Shown: positions 26,678 to 36,486, numbered from the stretch's first letter. The stretch is 64,000 nucleotides of DNA from Candidatus Micrarchaeota archaeon (GCA_043803165.1 JAZDKI010000021.1:5576-69575), one strand, 5' to 3'. The notes: generated by a model not told the origin, from the sequence alone. A program made the numbers and translations.

Positions 26678-28236
26678 TGACGCGGTTACGGGAGCTGTCG
26701 GCCGTTTTCCCGCCTGTGCGGCTGCGTTGCTCCTCGGAAAAAGCGCTCAAGGCGCTCGGGATCTCACCTGAGCAGTATATGGGGATGGCGATCGTGATCT
26801 CTTTTTTGTTTGGATTCGCGACGCTCCCGATAGCGCTCATGCTGAGGCTGCCGTTCTCATCGCTCGTCATATCGCTCATCGGTTTTTTGGCGTCTTTCTG
26901 CTTTTTCCTCGCGCTGCCTGGGATGGAACTGCGGAAACGCGGCTCTGAGATAGACGCTTCGATGCCGTTCTTCCTCCGGAGCGTGGGGATGCTCCTCGAG
27001 ATGGGCCTCCCGTTCAGGAAGGCGCTGGAAGCTGCAACGGAAGGCGAAGGGGCCCTTGGGGAGGAAGTCAGGATTGCGCTGCGGCAGGCTGATGAAGGGA
27101 TCCCCTTGCAGAGGGCGATAGCATCCATCGCGCTCACATACGGGTCCCTTCCAGTGAAGCGGGCGGTATCGCAGATGATATCCGCCTATGAGACTGGGGC
27201 AAGCGGAGCGGAGATGCGCAGGATCGGGGATGAGCTGCTATCCCTGGACAGGCACAGGCTGCGGGAGTACGCGTCGAAAAGCGCGTTGTTCGGGCTCATG
27301 TTCGTGATATCCAGCGCGGTGATGCCGACTTTCTTCATGGTGTATGCGATAGCTGGGGGCGATGACATCGGGAGGGGGCAGATCATGCTCGCTATGCTGG
27401 TCTTTTTCCCGCTCATCGGGCTGCTGCTTCTCATGCTCTCCAAAGCGGTCGCCCCAAGGACCGCTTTCCGCGGCCAAAGGCAGGACCTTTCGATGCTCGC
27501 CCCTGTCGCTGCGATAGCGGCGGGATTCTTTCTGCTGCCTAAGTATCAGCTCCTGATCATGGCTGGTGCCGGGGCAATAGGAGTCTTTTTGGCTTGGAGG
27601 AGCTACCGGATGGAAAAACGGCTGGAGGATATCGAATCAAGATTGCCGGATGCGCTTTTCTGCGTCGGCGGGATGCCCAAATCGGCAAGGCCCGAGCGCG
27701 TGTTCAGGCTGATGGAAGAGGGGGGTTTCGGCCCGCTCTCGGAGGAGGCCGGCAAATCCAGGAGGCAGATGGAGATGAATGTCAGCGCAGGGGCCGCCTT
27801 AGCGGACCTTTCGGCGAGGAACTGCTCTCCGATGCTTGAACGCTCATGCCGGATGATGTCGCGGATGATAGAGACCAGCTCCCTGGACAGGCTGAATTGC
27901 CTGGCTGAGGATATGATAAACGCGTTCCAGGCCAAAAGGGAGCGCTCGCAGCTGATGTCCATGCAGAAATACACGCTGATCCTCGGTGCTGTGCTGATGC
28001 CTTTGATCATGAAGATGGCCCTAGGCCTCCTAGGGGAGATGGGAAGCCTGCTGGGGGAGGGAACGGCGGAGACGGCGTCATTCTGCGCATCGTTGGTATC
28101 GCCGTATATCGTGATATATTCAGCATCATCCGCCATGGCCATCGCCGATGCCGAGGGGAGGGGATCCGCCCTCGGCACTTATTCCATCGGGCTTTCCGCC
28201 GTCGGCCTGGCCGCATTCGAGTTTATAAAGTTTTGA
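26677..28236 (+). CDS. TadC/FlaJ-like (T2SS-F family) polytopic membrane platform protein
   Basis: Two T2SSF-like repeats each with a cytoplasmic helical domain and 3 TM. TGATG overlap with the upstream ATPase. Confidence 0.7.
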   Translation: MTRLRELSAVFPPVRLRCSSEKALKALGISPEQYMGMAIVISFLFGFATLPIALMLRLPFSSLVISLIGFLASFCFFLALPGMELRKRGSEIDASMPFFLRSVGMLLEMGLPFRKALEAATEGEGALGEEVRIALRQADEGIPLQRAIASIALTYGSLPVKRAVSQMISAYETGASGAEMRRIGDELLSLDRHRLREYASKSALFGLMFVISSAVMPTFFMVYAIAGGDDIGRGQIMLAMLVFFPLIGLLLLMLSKAVAPRTAFRGQRQDLSMLAPVAAIAAGFFLLPKYQLLIMAGAGAIGVFLAWRSYRMEKRLEDIESRLPDALFCVGGMPKSARPERVFRLMEEGGFGPLSEEAGKSRRQMEMNVSAGAALADLSARNCSPMLERSCRMMSRMIETSSLDRLNCLAEDMINAFQAKRERSQLMSMQKYTLILGAVLMPLIMKMALGLLGEMGSLLGEGTAETASFCASLVSPYIVIYSASSAMAIADAEGRGSALGTYSIGLSAVGLAAFEFIKF

Positions 28237-28252
28237 TGAGAGTTTTTCCCTG

Positions 28253-28726
28253 ATGGATACGATAACCTCGCTCGCCCTGTCTATCGACAGCCCCATCCTG
28301 GAGGCTGTCGGGGGGGTGCTGGACAATGCCCTCGCGTATGGGCTCCTCGTCCTCGCCTTGATATTCATCGGGGAGAAAAGGGATGGAAAAAGGTCCAAGA
28401 TAATACTCTCCATCATACTCGCGGTATTTCTCGCTTCGATGATAAAATTCGCTATCGCGAGAGACCGCCCCTGCGCAGGGGAGGACTGGTGCCCTGAGAG
28501 CTATTCGTTCCCGAGCATGCACGCCGCTGTGGCGTTCGCCCTGATGACAGGCTTCCTGAACAAGAAGAGCTATCCTGCTTTCGTCCTGTTCGCGCTTTTC
28601 GTGTGCTTTACCAGGATGAACCTGGGCGTGCATATCTTCGTAGATATAGCCGGCGCCCTGCCTCTCGCCCTGATCTCATATTACCTGACAGACATGCTCT
28701 ATAAGGAGGGAAAGGATGGATCGTGA
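28253..28726 (+). CDS. PAP2-family (acid/lipid) phosphatase, membrane bound
   Basis: PAP2 motifs KFAIARDRP, PSMH, TRMNLGVHIFVD. Confidence 0.8.
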   Translation: MDTITSLALSIDSPILEAVGGVLDNALAYGLLVLALIFIGEKRDGKRSKIILSIILAVFLASMIKFAIARDRPCAGEDWCPESYSFPSMHAAVAFALMTGFLNKKSYPAFVLFALFVCFTRMNLGVHIFVDIAGALPLALISYYLTDMLYKEGKDGS

Positions 28727-29270
28727 GGATTCGAGGCAGCTGTTCCATATCCTCGTCGGGCTCTTAGCCATAGCCGTCCTGTTCTTCCTCGGGAGGGGCT
28801 TCCTTTTGGCGGCGATTTTCTTCACGCTCATCATCGGGACCCTGCTCATCAATGCGAGGCTATTGGGCGCCAGGATCGGCATCGCTGACTGGTTCGTAGA
28901 AGAGTTCGAGCGGGAGGATGCTCCGCTTCCCGGCTGGGGATCCGCCTGCTATGCGGCAGGGGCGCTGATCGCCGTCTCTTTCCTCACAGATACCGGCCAG
29001 ATCGCATCGGTGCTCCTCGCGCTCGGGATCGGGGATGGGATCTCCACGATAGCCGGACGGAGAGGGAGGATGAAGCTCCCCTATAACGGCAAGAAGACTT
29101 TCGAGGGGGCGCTGGGGATATTCTTCCCGTCGTTATTGGCCTGGTTTTTCATCGGTCCGCTGGCGATCCCGTTCGCTCTGATCGCTATGAGCGCCGAAAG
29201 CATCCCGAGGCTGGACGACAATTTGACCATCCCGGCATTGTGCACGGCGTTCCTGATGGTGGCGGCTTGA
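28716..29270 (+). CDS. CTP-dependent polyprenol (dolichol) kinase-like / CdsA-family membrane protein
   Basis: Multi-TM; C-terminal GDGISTIAGRRGRMKLPYNGKKTFEGALG matches the conserved dolichol-kinase/CdsA motif. Confidence 0.5.
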   Translation: MDREDSRQLFHILVGLLAIAVLFFLGRGFLLAAIFFTLIIGTLLINARLLGARIGIADWFVEEFEREDAPLPGWGSACYAAGALIAVSFLTDTGQIASVLLALGIGDGISTIAGRRGRMKLPYNGKKTFEGALGIFFPSLLAWFFIGPLAIPFALIAMSAESIPRLDDNLTIPALCTAFLMVAA

Positions 29271-30040
29271 TCATCCTTTTCACCAAAAAAAACCTTGCGA
29301 GCGCGAATATCGCGAGGGCCCTCATCGACGGCCACGGATTCGACGGACAGGGGGAGGGGGTTTGGCGGAACGGGGATCTCCTCTTGAAGGAGACGGACGC
29401 GCCAACCGTCCTTGAGGTGCCGACCGATTTCGACACGGACTGCCTGCTTGTCCTGAGCACGCACCGTAGCAAGAATCCAGGAAGGGCGCTCACCGCGCAT
29501 GTCCCCGGCAACTGGGGCGATGCGCAGATGGGCGGGGAGCCTAGGACATTGAATACCGCGCCGGCGAGCAGGCTGAAGATTTTGATCCAGGAGCTGAAGA
29601 AAGAGGCGGACGCTATAGGCTGGACCGCTTCCCTGGAGGCAGACCATCATGGACCCACATGCCAGGTCCCCATCATGTTCGTGGAGATAGGCAATGGGGA
29701 GGCGGAATGGACGGACGGGAAAGCGGCAGAGGCTGTCGCGGAAGCCGTGATGGCTTCAGCCAAGCGGAACGAGAGGTTCGATACGGTTTTCGGAGTGGGC
29801 GGCGGGCACTATCCGAGGCATTTTTCCAAATTGGCGATCGAGAGCGAGACAGCGGTCGGCCATATGGCCCCGAAATACGTTATAGATTCGCTGGATGAGG
29901 AGATGTTCTCCCAGGCTATAAGGAAGAATGTCGAGAAGGTATCGCGGGTGCTGGTTGTCAAAGACGAGACGAGCGCACCTCATCGGGAGAAGATAAAGGA
30001 TCTGGCAGGACGGTTCGCTATAGAAGTGGAGATCGCCTGA
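29267..30040 (+). CDS. dtdA: D-aminoacyl-tRNA deacylase, archaeal type (DTD2)
   Basis: ~258 aa, MIILFTKKNLASANIA N-terminus typical of DtdA. Proposed TTG start at 29267 overlaps the upstream stop; ORF track uses GTG 29240. Confidence 0.7.
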   Translation: MIILFTKKNLASANIARALIDGHGFDGQGEGVWRNGDLLLKETDAPTVLEVPTDFDTDCLLVLSTHRSKNPGRALTAHVPGNWGDAQMGGEPRTLNTAPASRLKILIQELKKEADAIGWTASLEADHHGPTCQVPIMFVEIGNGEAEWTDGKAAEAVAEAVMASAKRNERFDTVFGVGGGHYPRHFSKLAIESETAVGHMAPKYVIDSLDEEMFSQAIRKNVEKVSRVLVVKDETSAPHREKIKDLAGRFAIEVEIA

Positions 30041-30042
30041 AT

Positions 30043-30648
30043 TCAGCCCAGCAATGCCTTTCTCAGAAGTTCGGCCGCTTTGCCGTCTTCTCCGGGTTTG
30101 GCGCGGATATATCTCACCCCTGCGGCTTTCGCCGCCCCCTCATCGTTGATGGAATCGCCGATGAAGACCGCCTGCCCCTTTCCCATATCCAGGTGCCGGA
30201 GGATGAGTTGGACCTGGTCCGGTGCGGGTTTGTTGTTCTCCACAGAATCCCGTCCGCAGACGATGTCGAATTCTTCCAGGAGGCCCGCCTGGCCGAGTAT
30301 GTCCCGTATCGTCTTGGAGTGGTTGCCGCTCGCCACCGCGAGATAGTATCCCTCTTTCCTCAGGTCTTTGATCAGGGCCGACATCTCCGGAAAGGTCCGG
30401 AACGCATGCGACTTGGCGCACTCGCTCTCGAAACGGAGGTAGATGGCGTCGATCCCCTTCTTGAGGCCGGATCCCCTTGAGAGGCGGTTGCTCATCGGGA
30501 CGAGATGCTCCTTCGGGTCGGCCTTTATCCCATTCGATTTGGCTAGCGTTACGACGTCGGCTTTCACAGCCTTCCAGCTGACATCCAGGTGCAGGATGGT
30601 GTCGTCGAAATCAAAGATGACCAGGTCGTAGGGGCGGGATTTTGGCAT
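30043..30648 (-). CDS. HAD superfamily hydrolase (subfamily IA, phosphoglycolate-phosphatase-like)
   Basis: DLVIFDFDDTI motif I, KD...GDSINDEGAA motifs III/IV. Confidence 0.8.
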   Translation of the reverse strand: MPKSRPYDLVIFDFDDTILHLDVSWKAVKADVVTLAKSNGIKADPKEHLVPMSNRLSRGSGLKKGIDAIYLRFESECAKSHAFRTFPEMSALIKDLRKEGYYLAVASGNHSKTIRDILGQAGLLEEFDIVCGRDSVENNKPAPDQVQLILRHLDMGKGQAVFIGDSINDEGAAKAAGVRYIRAKPGEDGKAAELLRKALLG

Positions 30649-30793
30649 GGATTCCCTTGAGGAGGGCTGGATTTTTAAGCCTATGAGCGGAAATACTACC
30701 TATGAGACAGAAGGGACCTATTTCTGAGGATGATGACGAGGTGCCGGAACTCGAAGGCGTCGTGATAGCCAGAGGCAAGCTGGGGTGAATCTG

Positions 30794-31081
30794 ATGACTG
30801 ATGAGAGGAAGAGGTTCGAGGTCCCGAAGCCCGTCACGGCAGGGGATAAGATAGACGTCCGGATCGAGAGCCAGGGCGCCCATGGCGATGGCATCGCGAA
30901 GATCGACGGGTTCACCATCTTCGTCAAAGGGGGGAAAAAGGGCGAGCGCTGCCGGGTGAAGATAACCGACGTGAAGCGCACCTTCGCGACCGGCGAGAAG
31001 GTCGGAAGCGCGAAGGATGATGAGGCTGAAAGCGAGATGGAAGAGGGAGTCGAGGGCTATAAGGACGGCCCTGCAGGCTGA
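30794..31081 (+). CDS. TRAM domain protein
   Basis: GDKIDVRIESQGAHGDGIAKIDGFTIFVKGGKKGERCRVKITDVKRTFATGE is the archaeal stand-alone TRAM fold; acidic tail. Confidence 0.7.
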   Translation: MTDERKRFEVPKPVTAGDKIDVRIESQGAHGDGIAKIDGFTIFVKGGKKGERCRVKITDVKRTFATGEKVGSAKDDEAESEMEEGVEGYKDGPAG

Positions 31082-31082
31082 A

Positions 31083-32366
31083 TCACCACCGGTCCAGAAG
31101 CCACGAATTGATGAATATTATTATCACGACCATCGCCGCGAGGCCTATGACTATCTCTATATGGCCGAGCGAGCCGCTTGAAGGTGCGAGGCTCGGCCTT
31201 GCAGGGACCGATGCGACCGGGGAGCCGTCTTCGGCAAATGCACCGCCCACCGAGAGCATCCTGCTCGTTATGGTCTCGTTGAAGCCCACCTCGTTCTGCG
31301 CGACGTCTTTGACATGTATCGAGAGGTTGTTGTCTCCGAGCCCGGGGTATCGGTGCGTGAACCTGTATGCATACAGGAAGGAGATATTCTCTTTCTCCAA
31401 TTGGAAGGGGCTCGCCACGCCACTGGAATCCTCCGACCAGCCATCCAAGGAGATGTTTGAATCGTTGGAGACCATGGATTGGACCCCGTATCTCCCGGTG
31501 ATGATGGAAAACGACCGGAGGGTCATGTTTTTCGTCGTATTTCCGTTCAGGCTTATCTCGGCCTGATACAGCGGGCATTGAGTTAGGATGACCGGGGCGA
31601 AGCTGTTGCTCCGCACCCACTGCTCGCGGAGCACAGGAGCGCCTAAAAAGAAGAGCTTCCTGCTCCCCCCGACCGGGAACGAACGGCTCACCGATACCGG
31701 GATGGAGGAATTCATCGTGACATAGTTGTCCCCGCAGTCACCGAAATAGGCAGCGCCCCGGTCGTCGATCTCGTAGAAGAACACAAGGTCTCCGGAGATG
31801 TTGATAAGCAGGGAATCGTTGCCCGAAGCGGAATCCATGGCGGATAGGACTTCCGGGGGGACCGCGATCAGGGTCGAATCGAAGGGCACCGCTCTCGTGA
31901 CGTCCTTGAACGAGAATGTCACGTTCATCCGGTAATCCACGCCGGTTCGGTTCTCGTATTCCACGCAGGTGTCGGTGTCGAAGTCGCACCTCCAGGGGTA
32001 CGCCGGGATATCCAGATACCAATCGCGGTCGCAGACGAAATCAGGATATCCTTCAGTAGATAGCGAGATCAGATGGTCCATCCGGCTGCCCCTGGCTATC
32101 AGGACGGACAGGCCGCCCATCGCGCAGCTCATGTTGTCTATGGACGGGGATAAACCGAGGATCTCGATGCTGGCCGATGCTTCAGCCGTCTGGTGGTAGG
32201 AATCGAAATGCAGGTCCACGGTGGTGTTGAAGGCCGACGCGTTGTCATAGGCTTCTTCGAGAGCGGGGGCGAGCGCGGCGTTGTTGGCCATGACCGCGGA
32301 TAAAGGAGGGTCTGCGTACTGGGCAAAAGAGAGCCCGACTAGCAGAAGGAGGAATATAGGTCTCAT
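31083..32366 (-). CDS. cell-surface glycoprotein candidate (signal peptide, ~19 N-x-S/T sequons, C-terminal TM anchor)
   Basis: N-terminal MRPIFLLLLVGLSFA signal; many sequons (NAS, NTT, NMS, NRT, NVT, NDS, NIS, NSS, NTT, NMT, NET ...); C-terminal IEIVIGLAAMVVIIIFINSWLL anchor. Confidence 0.55.
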   Translation of the reverse strand: MRPIFLLLLVGLSFAQYADPPLSAVMANNAALAPALEEAYDNASAFNTTVDLHFDSYHQTAEASASIEILGLSPSIDNMSCAMGGLSVLIARGSRMDHLISLSTEGYPDFVCDRDWYLDIPAYPWRCDFDTDTCVEYENRTGVDYRMNVTFSFKDVTRAVPFDSTLIAVPPEVLSAMDSASGNDSLLINISGDLVFFYEIDDRGAAYFGDCGDNYVTMNSSIPVSVSRSFPVGGSRKLFFLGAPVLREQWVRSNSFAPVILTQCPLYQAEISLNGNTTKNMTLRSFSIITGRYGVQSMVSNDSNISLDGWSEDSSGVASPFQLEKENISFLYAYRFTHRYPGLGDNNLSIHVKDVAQNEVGFNETITSRMLSVGGAFAEDGSPVASVPARPSLAPSSGSLGHIEIVIGLAAMVVIIIFINSWLLDRW

Positions 32367-34270
32367 AAGACATCGCTTAGCCGGTCGATTGGCACGAAGA
32401 TCAGCATGTCGTTGGTCTGGAGGATGCGCACCCGGGCGCGCTCGGACTCGCTCATCGCGGAGAGTATGCGCTTCTCCTCTGAGTTATCATCGACGATCAC
32501 GATGCCCTTCTTCTCGAACCTGTCCCCGAAGAACCCGATCTCGAAATCCGCCGTGACGAACCTGCTCCCGGATTCCCGGAACTGCACCCCGCCCTCGATC
32601 AGCTTCTCCCGGACCATCCTCCGCAGGACGTTGCGCGTGACATCGCCCTCGCCCTTGAGCTGGTAATAGTCCCGGTGGGCCTCCAGCTTCCCGAGCCGGA
32701 CCAGCTTCTTCAGTATCTCTTCCACATTGCCGTCCGTGACGTCGGCCCCGTTGGTGAGATACCTCTTTAGTGAGACGGAAAACTCGTGCGGAGTTATCGG
32801 AGACGACCCCAGCTTCATCTCGTTGCGGATCATCCTGAAGCTCTCCAGGGCGCGTTCGAGGGGCATCGCCATCTCCTGCCGGACGTAATCCGCGCTGTCG
32901 CCGAACCTGAGCCGGTAGGTAGGACGCCTGGTCATCCGCGCGCCGAAATACACGAGCGCGACAAGGACCAGCGCGGGCAGGCCGTAAGTGAGATAGAATG
33001 AGAAGAGGGGGTCGTCGGCATGGTCGTAGTCGACCCTGATCTTCGCCTCGCCCATAGTGAACTCGAATACGTTCGGACCGCGGGCGGGCCTCGCGCTGAC
33101 GACCACCTCGCCGTCGCTGATGTAGTATTTCCTGGGTTCTGAACCTGATAGCGAGACATATGCCTCGCTGTCGCGGACGGGCTTCCCGTCCTCGGTGACC
33201 GAGAAGACGAATGTGGATCCGGACCTCTCTTTCAGGCTTATCTGCAGGTTTTTGACATGCAGGAGGCCGGTGGCTATCTGACCCGTATTGTCATCCACGA
33301 TGAGGATGTAATCGCCGGGTTCGGAAAAATCAAGCTCCTCGAAAAAGACGTTCCCGTCCGTGACCCTCTTTTCCTGGACGTGCTTGACGACCTTGCCGTC
33401 TTTCTTCACCGTGAAAAACGCCGTCCCGTTGGTCTTGGTCAGATCGAAGCGGAGGGTCGATCCCTCCCATTGGTAGCGGGATTGCGGGCTTGGGGTGAGG
33501 ACCTGGCTCGTCGCCTTGACATACGGCGAATCGAAGACCCCGGTCAGGCCTTCCATCTCATAGACGATCCGCATGTAGCCGGATTGGTTGAGCGGGGCGG
33601 AGACGGTCCCGACCCCTTCCCCGGAAAGCACGTAAGAGCCGGTCCCGTTCATCATCCAGTCGGCGCGCAGGATGCGCTCCTCAAGCGAGACGCTGCCGTT
33701 CTCCATAAAATCGTCCAGGGTCCCGGGATAGAGGACGATGCGGGATCTCTGAGCGGGCTGGAGCTGGTCGTACCAGTCCAGTTTCTTTATCCCGCTGCTG
33801 AGGAGCAGGTCTTTTTCACCTATGTAGATTATCGTGCCCGATGAAGAGTTCTGCTGAAGGTTGAAGAGGGCGTATGAGGGTATCGCCCCAGTCGGCACGA
33901 CATATATCGCATCGCCTATCCTGGGCTCCTCGCTTACGCTGACGTTGAAGCCGTAGCCCTCGAGCGATCCGAGGTCCTCTGAGAGCTCCGCGAGGCGGGA
34001 TGCCTGGATCGCCTGGCTGTCGTTGATTATCACCACAGAACGCTTGGGCTTCTCGGGGTAGCTGAATATCGTGAGGTTTCCCGCACCCCTGAACCGGTAC
34101 ACGCTATAGACGTAGTCGCCTGCGGCGCCGCTTTCGAGCACCGAGAAAGACGACAATGGCGGGGCTGATTCGGATTCGCCGGTCTCTGAGGCGAGCAGGA
34201 AGACCACTATCCCAACAAGCGAGAGCAGGAGGATCCCTATCGTGGCTATGACCACTGTCTTCAGATTCAT
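32363..34270 (-). CDS. hypothetical bitopic membrane protein with large extracytoplasmic sequon-rich domain and cytoplasmic C-terminal domain
   Basis: TM near N-terminus (VVIATIGILLLSLVGIVVFLL) and a second TM (LPALVLVALVYFGA); multiple N-x-S/T sites; no known domain. ATGA overlap with the downstream surface-protein gene. Confidence 0.5.
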   Translation of the reverse strand: MNLKTVVIATIGILLLSLVGIVVFLLASETGESESAPPLSSFSVLESGAAGDYVYSVYRFRGAGNLTIFSYPEKPKRSVVIINDSQAIQASRLAELSEDLGSLEGYGFNVSVSEEPRIGDAIYVVPTGAIPSYALFNLQQNSSSGTIIYIGEKDLLLSSGIKKLDWYDQLQPAQRSRIVLYPGTLDDFMENGSVSLEERILRADWMMNGTGSYVLSGEGVGTVSAPLNQSGYMRIVYEMEGLTGVFDSPYVKATSQVLTPSPQSRYQWEGSTLRFDLTKTNGTAFFTVKKDGKVVKHVQEKRVTDGNVFFEELDFSEPGDYILIVDDNTGQIATGLLHVKNLQISLKERSGSTFVFSVTEDGKPVRDSEAYVSLSGSEPRKYYISDGEVVVSARPARGPNVFEFTMGEAKIRVDYDHADDPLFSFYLTYGLPALVLVALVYFGARMTRRPTYRLRFGDSADYVRQEMAMPLERALESFRMIRNEMKLGSSPITPHEFSVSLKRYLTNGADVTDGNVEEILKKLVRLGKLEAHRDYYQLKGEGDVTRNVLRRMVREKLIEGGVQFRESGSRFVTADFEIGFFGDRFEKKGIVIVDDNSEEKRILSAMSESERARVRILQTNDMLIFVPIDRLSDVL

Positions 34271-35629
34271 ATGTCCAACCTTGCTGACGCCAAAAAGTCG
34301 ACGTCGTTGCGGTAGAGGTCCCTGATGTCCTCCAGCTCGAGGGCGAGCATGAGGGGCCTCTCCAAAGACAAGCCCCAGGCTAGGACCGGGTAGACGCCGG
34401 CCAGGGGTATGCTCACTTCAGGGCGGAGTATGCCTCCGCCGCCTAATTCCATCCACTGCTTGCGCTTCTCGAAATACACCTCGATCTCCAGGCTTGGCTC
34501 CGTGTAGGGGAAGAAGCTCGGCCGGAAGCGGATCTTCTCGAATCCGAGCTTCCGATAGAACTCCTTGAGGACCCCGAGGAGGTCTGTGAATTTCGCCCCC
34601 CTCCCAGGCGATGATGCCTTCGACCTGGTGGAACTCGGCCAGGTGCTTGTAGTCGGTGGCCTCGTTGCGGAACACCCTGCCTATGGCGAAATATTTCTTC
34701 GGCCGCTTGTCCTTGATGGCTGCGACATAGCGCGCGGATAAGGCGGTCGTATGCGTGCGGAGCACCCTTTTGGACGCCTCCGCAGGATCCCAGCGGTATC
34801 TCCAGCCTGCCTCGTGCGCCTTCCTCACGCGCTCGACCAGCTTCTGGTCGTGCGGAAGGTCAGCCACGCCCTTGATGTAGAATGTGTCGGCCAGCTCTCT
34901 GGCCGGATGGTCCTGGGGCTGGAAGAGGGCGTCGAAGTTCCAGAAGGAGCTCTCCAGTATGTCCCCTTCCATCTCCTGGAACCCGAGCTCTGCCATGATC
35001 GCCTGTATCTTTTTCATCATCCTGGAGACAGGATGGTTCTTGCCGAGGGGGGCATCGGGCCCCGGGACGTTCACATCGAATCCCTCCTCGAAGGCGGACC
35101 AGTCCACCGGCTTTCCGGAGTATGTGATGACGCTCGCGCGGACCGTCTTCTTTTCCAGGAGATGGCGCTCGAAGAGCTCCTCCGTGAGCTCGATGTCCTT
35201 GGATATGCCCCCGGATCTGAGTTCGGAGCATGCGGAGCTGAGCCTTTGGGCCTCCTTATCCACGTCTTCCTTGCTTTTGGCCGGGATGACCTTCCCGCCC
35301 TCTATCCTGATGAAGCCCTTGACTTTCGCCCATCTGAGCCCGATGGATCTCTCCACCGGCGATAGGTCTGATATCGAGGCGCCGGATTCCGCCTTGCGGA
35401 ACACCGCTATCTCCGGGAAGCCCTCTTTGCCGTATCTGGCAAGCTCGTCTGTCACCTGCCCGGTGGTTTTCTCGGTGATCTCGCTTTTGGCGAAACCGTC
35501 TGCCTTGAGCGATTCGACTATGCGCCGCACGCTGTCCTCGTTGATGGATGCCTCGCGGGCGAGCTCGCCGACGCCCATGCCCCGCTTGACCAGCAGCCGC
35601 AGTATCTTGTCAGTTCCCTTGTACATCAC
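34267..35629 (-). CDS. pheS: phenylalanine--tRNA ligase alpha subunit, interrupted by a +1 frameshift in a G6 homopolymer (34596-34601)
   Basis: Upstream frame (34418..35629) carries PheS motifs up to FHQVEGII. The C-terminus (KFTDLLGVLKEFYRKLGFEKIRFRPSFFPYTEPS...WMELGGGG...AWGLSLERP...DIRDLY) continues in the -1 frame (ORF 34267..34479). Removing one G from the G6 run restores a single ORF. Confidence 0.8.
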
Positions 35630-36450
35630 TCCTCGCCTCTCCTTTTCGCAACCGTGATATATACGAAAGAACCAATAAGGGCTACGACCAGCGCTATCAG
35701 GGCGTATCCGTGCGGACCGCCGAAAGATTGGCTGACCCCGCGCAGGATCCCGCCGAAGAAATCAGACACCTCCTTGTCTATGGAATCCTCCACCTCGAAT
35801 ATCAGGGAGAACTTCACGAGTACCATGTCTGTCCAGGACAATGATCCCACTTCAGCCGGGAGATGGATGTTGGAATCCGCCGGTTGCGGATTGATGTCTT
35901 GTGTAACGGACTCCGGGGGCATCTCGATAGTCAGATGGACGTCTTCGTCAAGGATGATATTGCCGTCTGCCGTCGTGGTGAAGGCGAGGGCGGCCGGATT
36001 TATCGTATAGCGCCTGGTGCGGGGCTTGTATTTCTCCACAGTGAAGATGCCGGTCCCGGGCGAAGGCTCGAGCGTGTCGTTGTTCTTGAATGCCGGGTAT
36101 GCCGAATAATCGAGTATCAGCTCCCCGTGGCAGATGCCTTGTATAGGGTTGCACTTGGTGCGGGGCTGGGGGCGCACGCGCAGGTCCTGGATATCGACGC
36201 TGGAGGGATTCAGGTGGAGCTTGACGTCCTTGAGGCCGGTGGAGACCGACCAGAAGGAAAGCTCGTTCTGCGTGAAGCCGCTGTCATAGACAGAACTGGC
36301 ATAGTCGCCGAACATCACGAACTTGATGCTCTCATGCACCTTCGCGCTCCCGTCGTCGGCGATATCGCTGATGGTCACATCCACGCGCTCGATGAGGAAT
36401 TCGGCGTGGATGGTGGCGAAGATCAGGAGGAGGAGGAACAGCCTCTTCAT
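35626..36450 (-). CDS. hypothetical secreted protein with C-terminal membrane anchor
   Basis: MKRLFLLLLIFATIHA signal peptide; C-terminal GGPHGYALIALVVALIGSFVYITVAKRRGEE (TM + basic tail); ATGA overlap with pheS. Confidence 0.5.
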   Translation of the reverse strand: MKRLFLLLLIFATIHAEFLIERVDVTISDIADDGSAKVHESIKFVMFGDYASSVYDSGFTQNELSFWSVSTGLKDVKLHLNPSSVDIQDLRVRPQPRTKCNPIQGICHGELILDYSAYPAFKNNDTLEPSPGTGIFTVEKYKPRTRRYTINPAALAFTTTADGNIILDEDVHLTIEMPPESVTQDINPQPADSNIHLPAEVGSLSWTDMVLVKFSLIFEVEDSIDKEVSDFFGGILRGVSQSFGGPHGYALIALVVALIGSFVYITVAKRRGEE

Positions 36451-36470
36451 GGGAAAATCCTCTCGCTCAA

Positions 36471-36486
36471 GATATATAAATATACG
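36471..36486 (+). promoter_or_regulatory. TATA box (gatatataaatatacg) of purP; divergent from secreted-protein gene 35626..36450
   Basis: AT-rich element ~24 nt upstream of ATG 36503. Confidence 0.6.
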
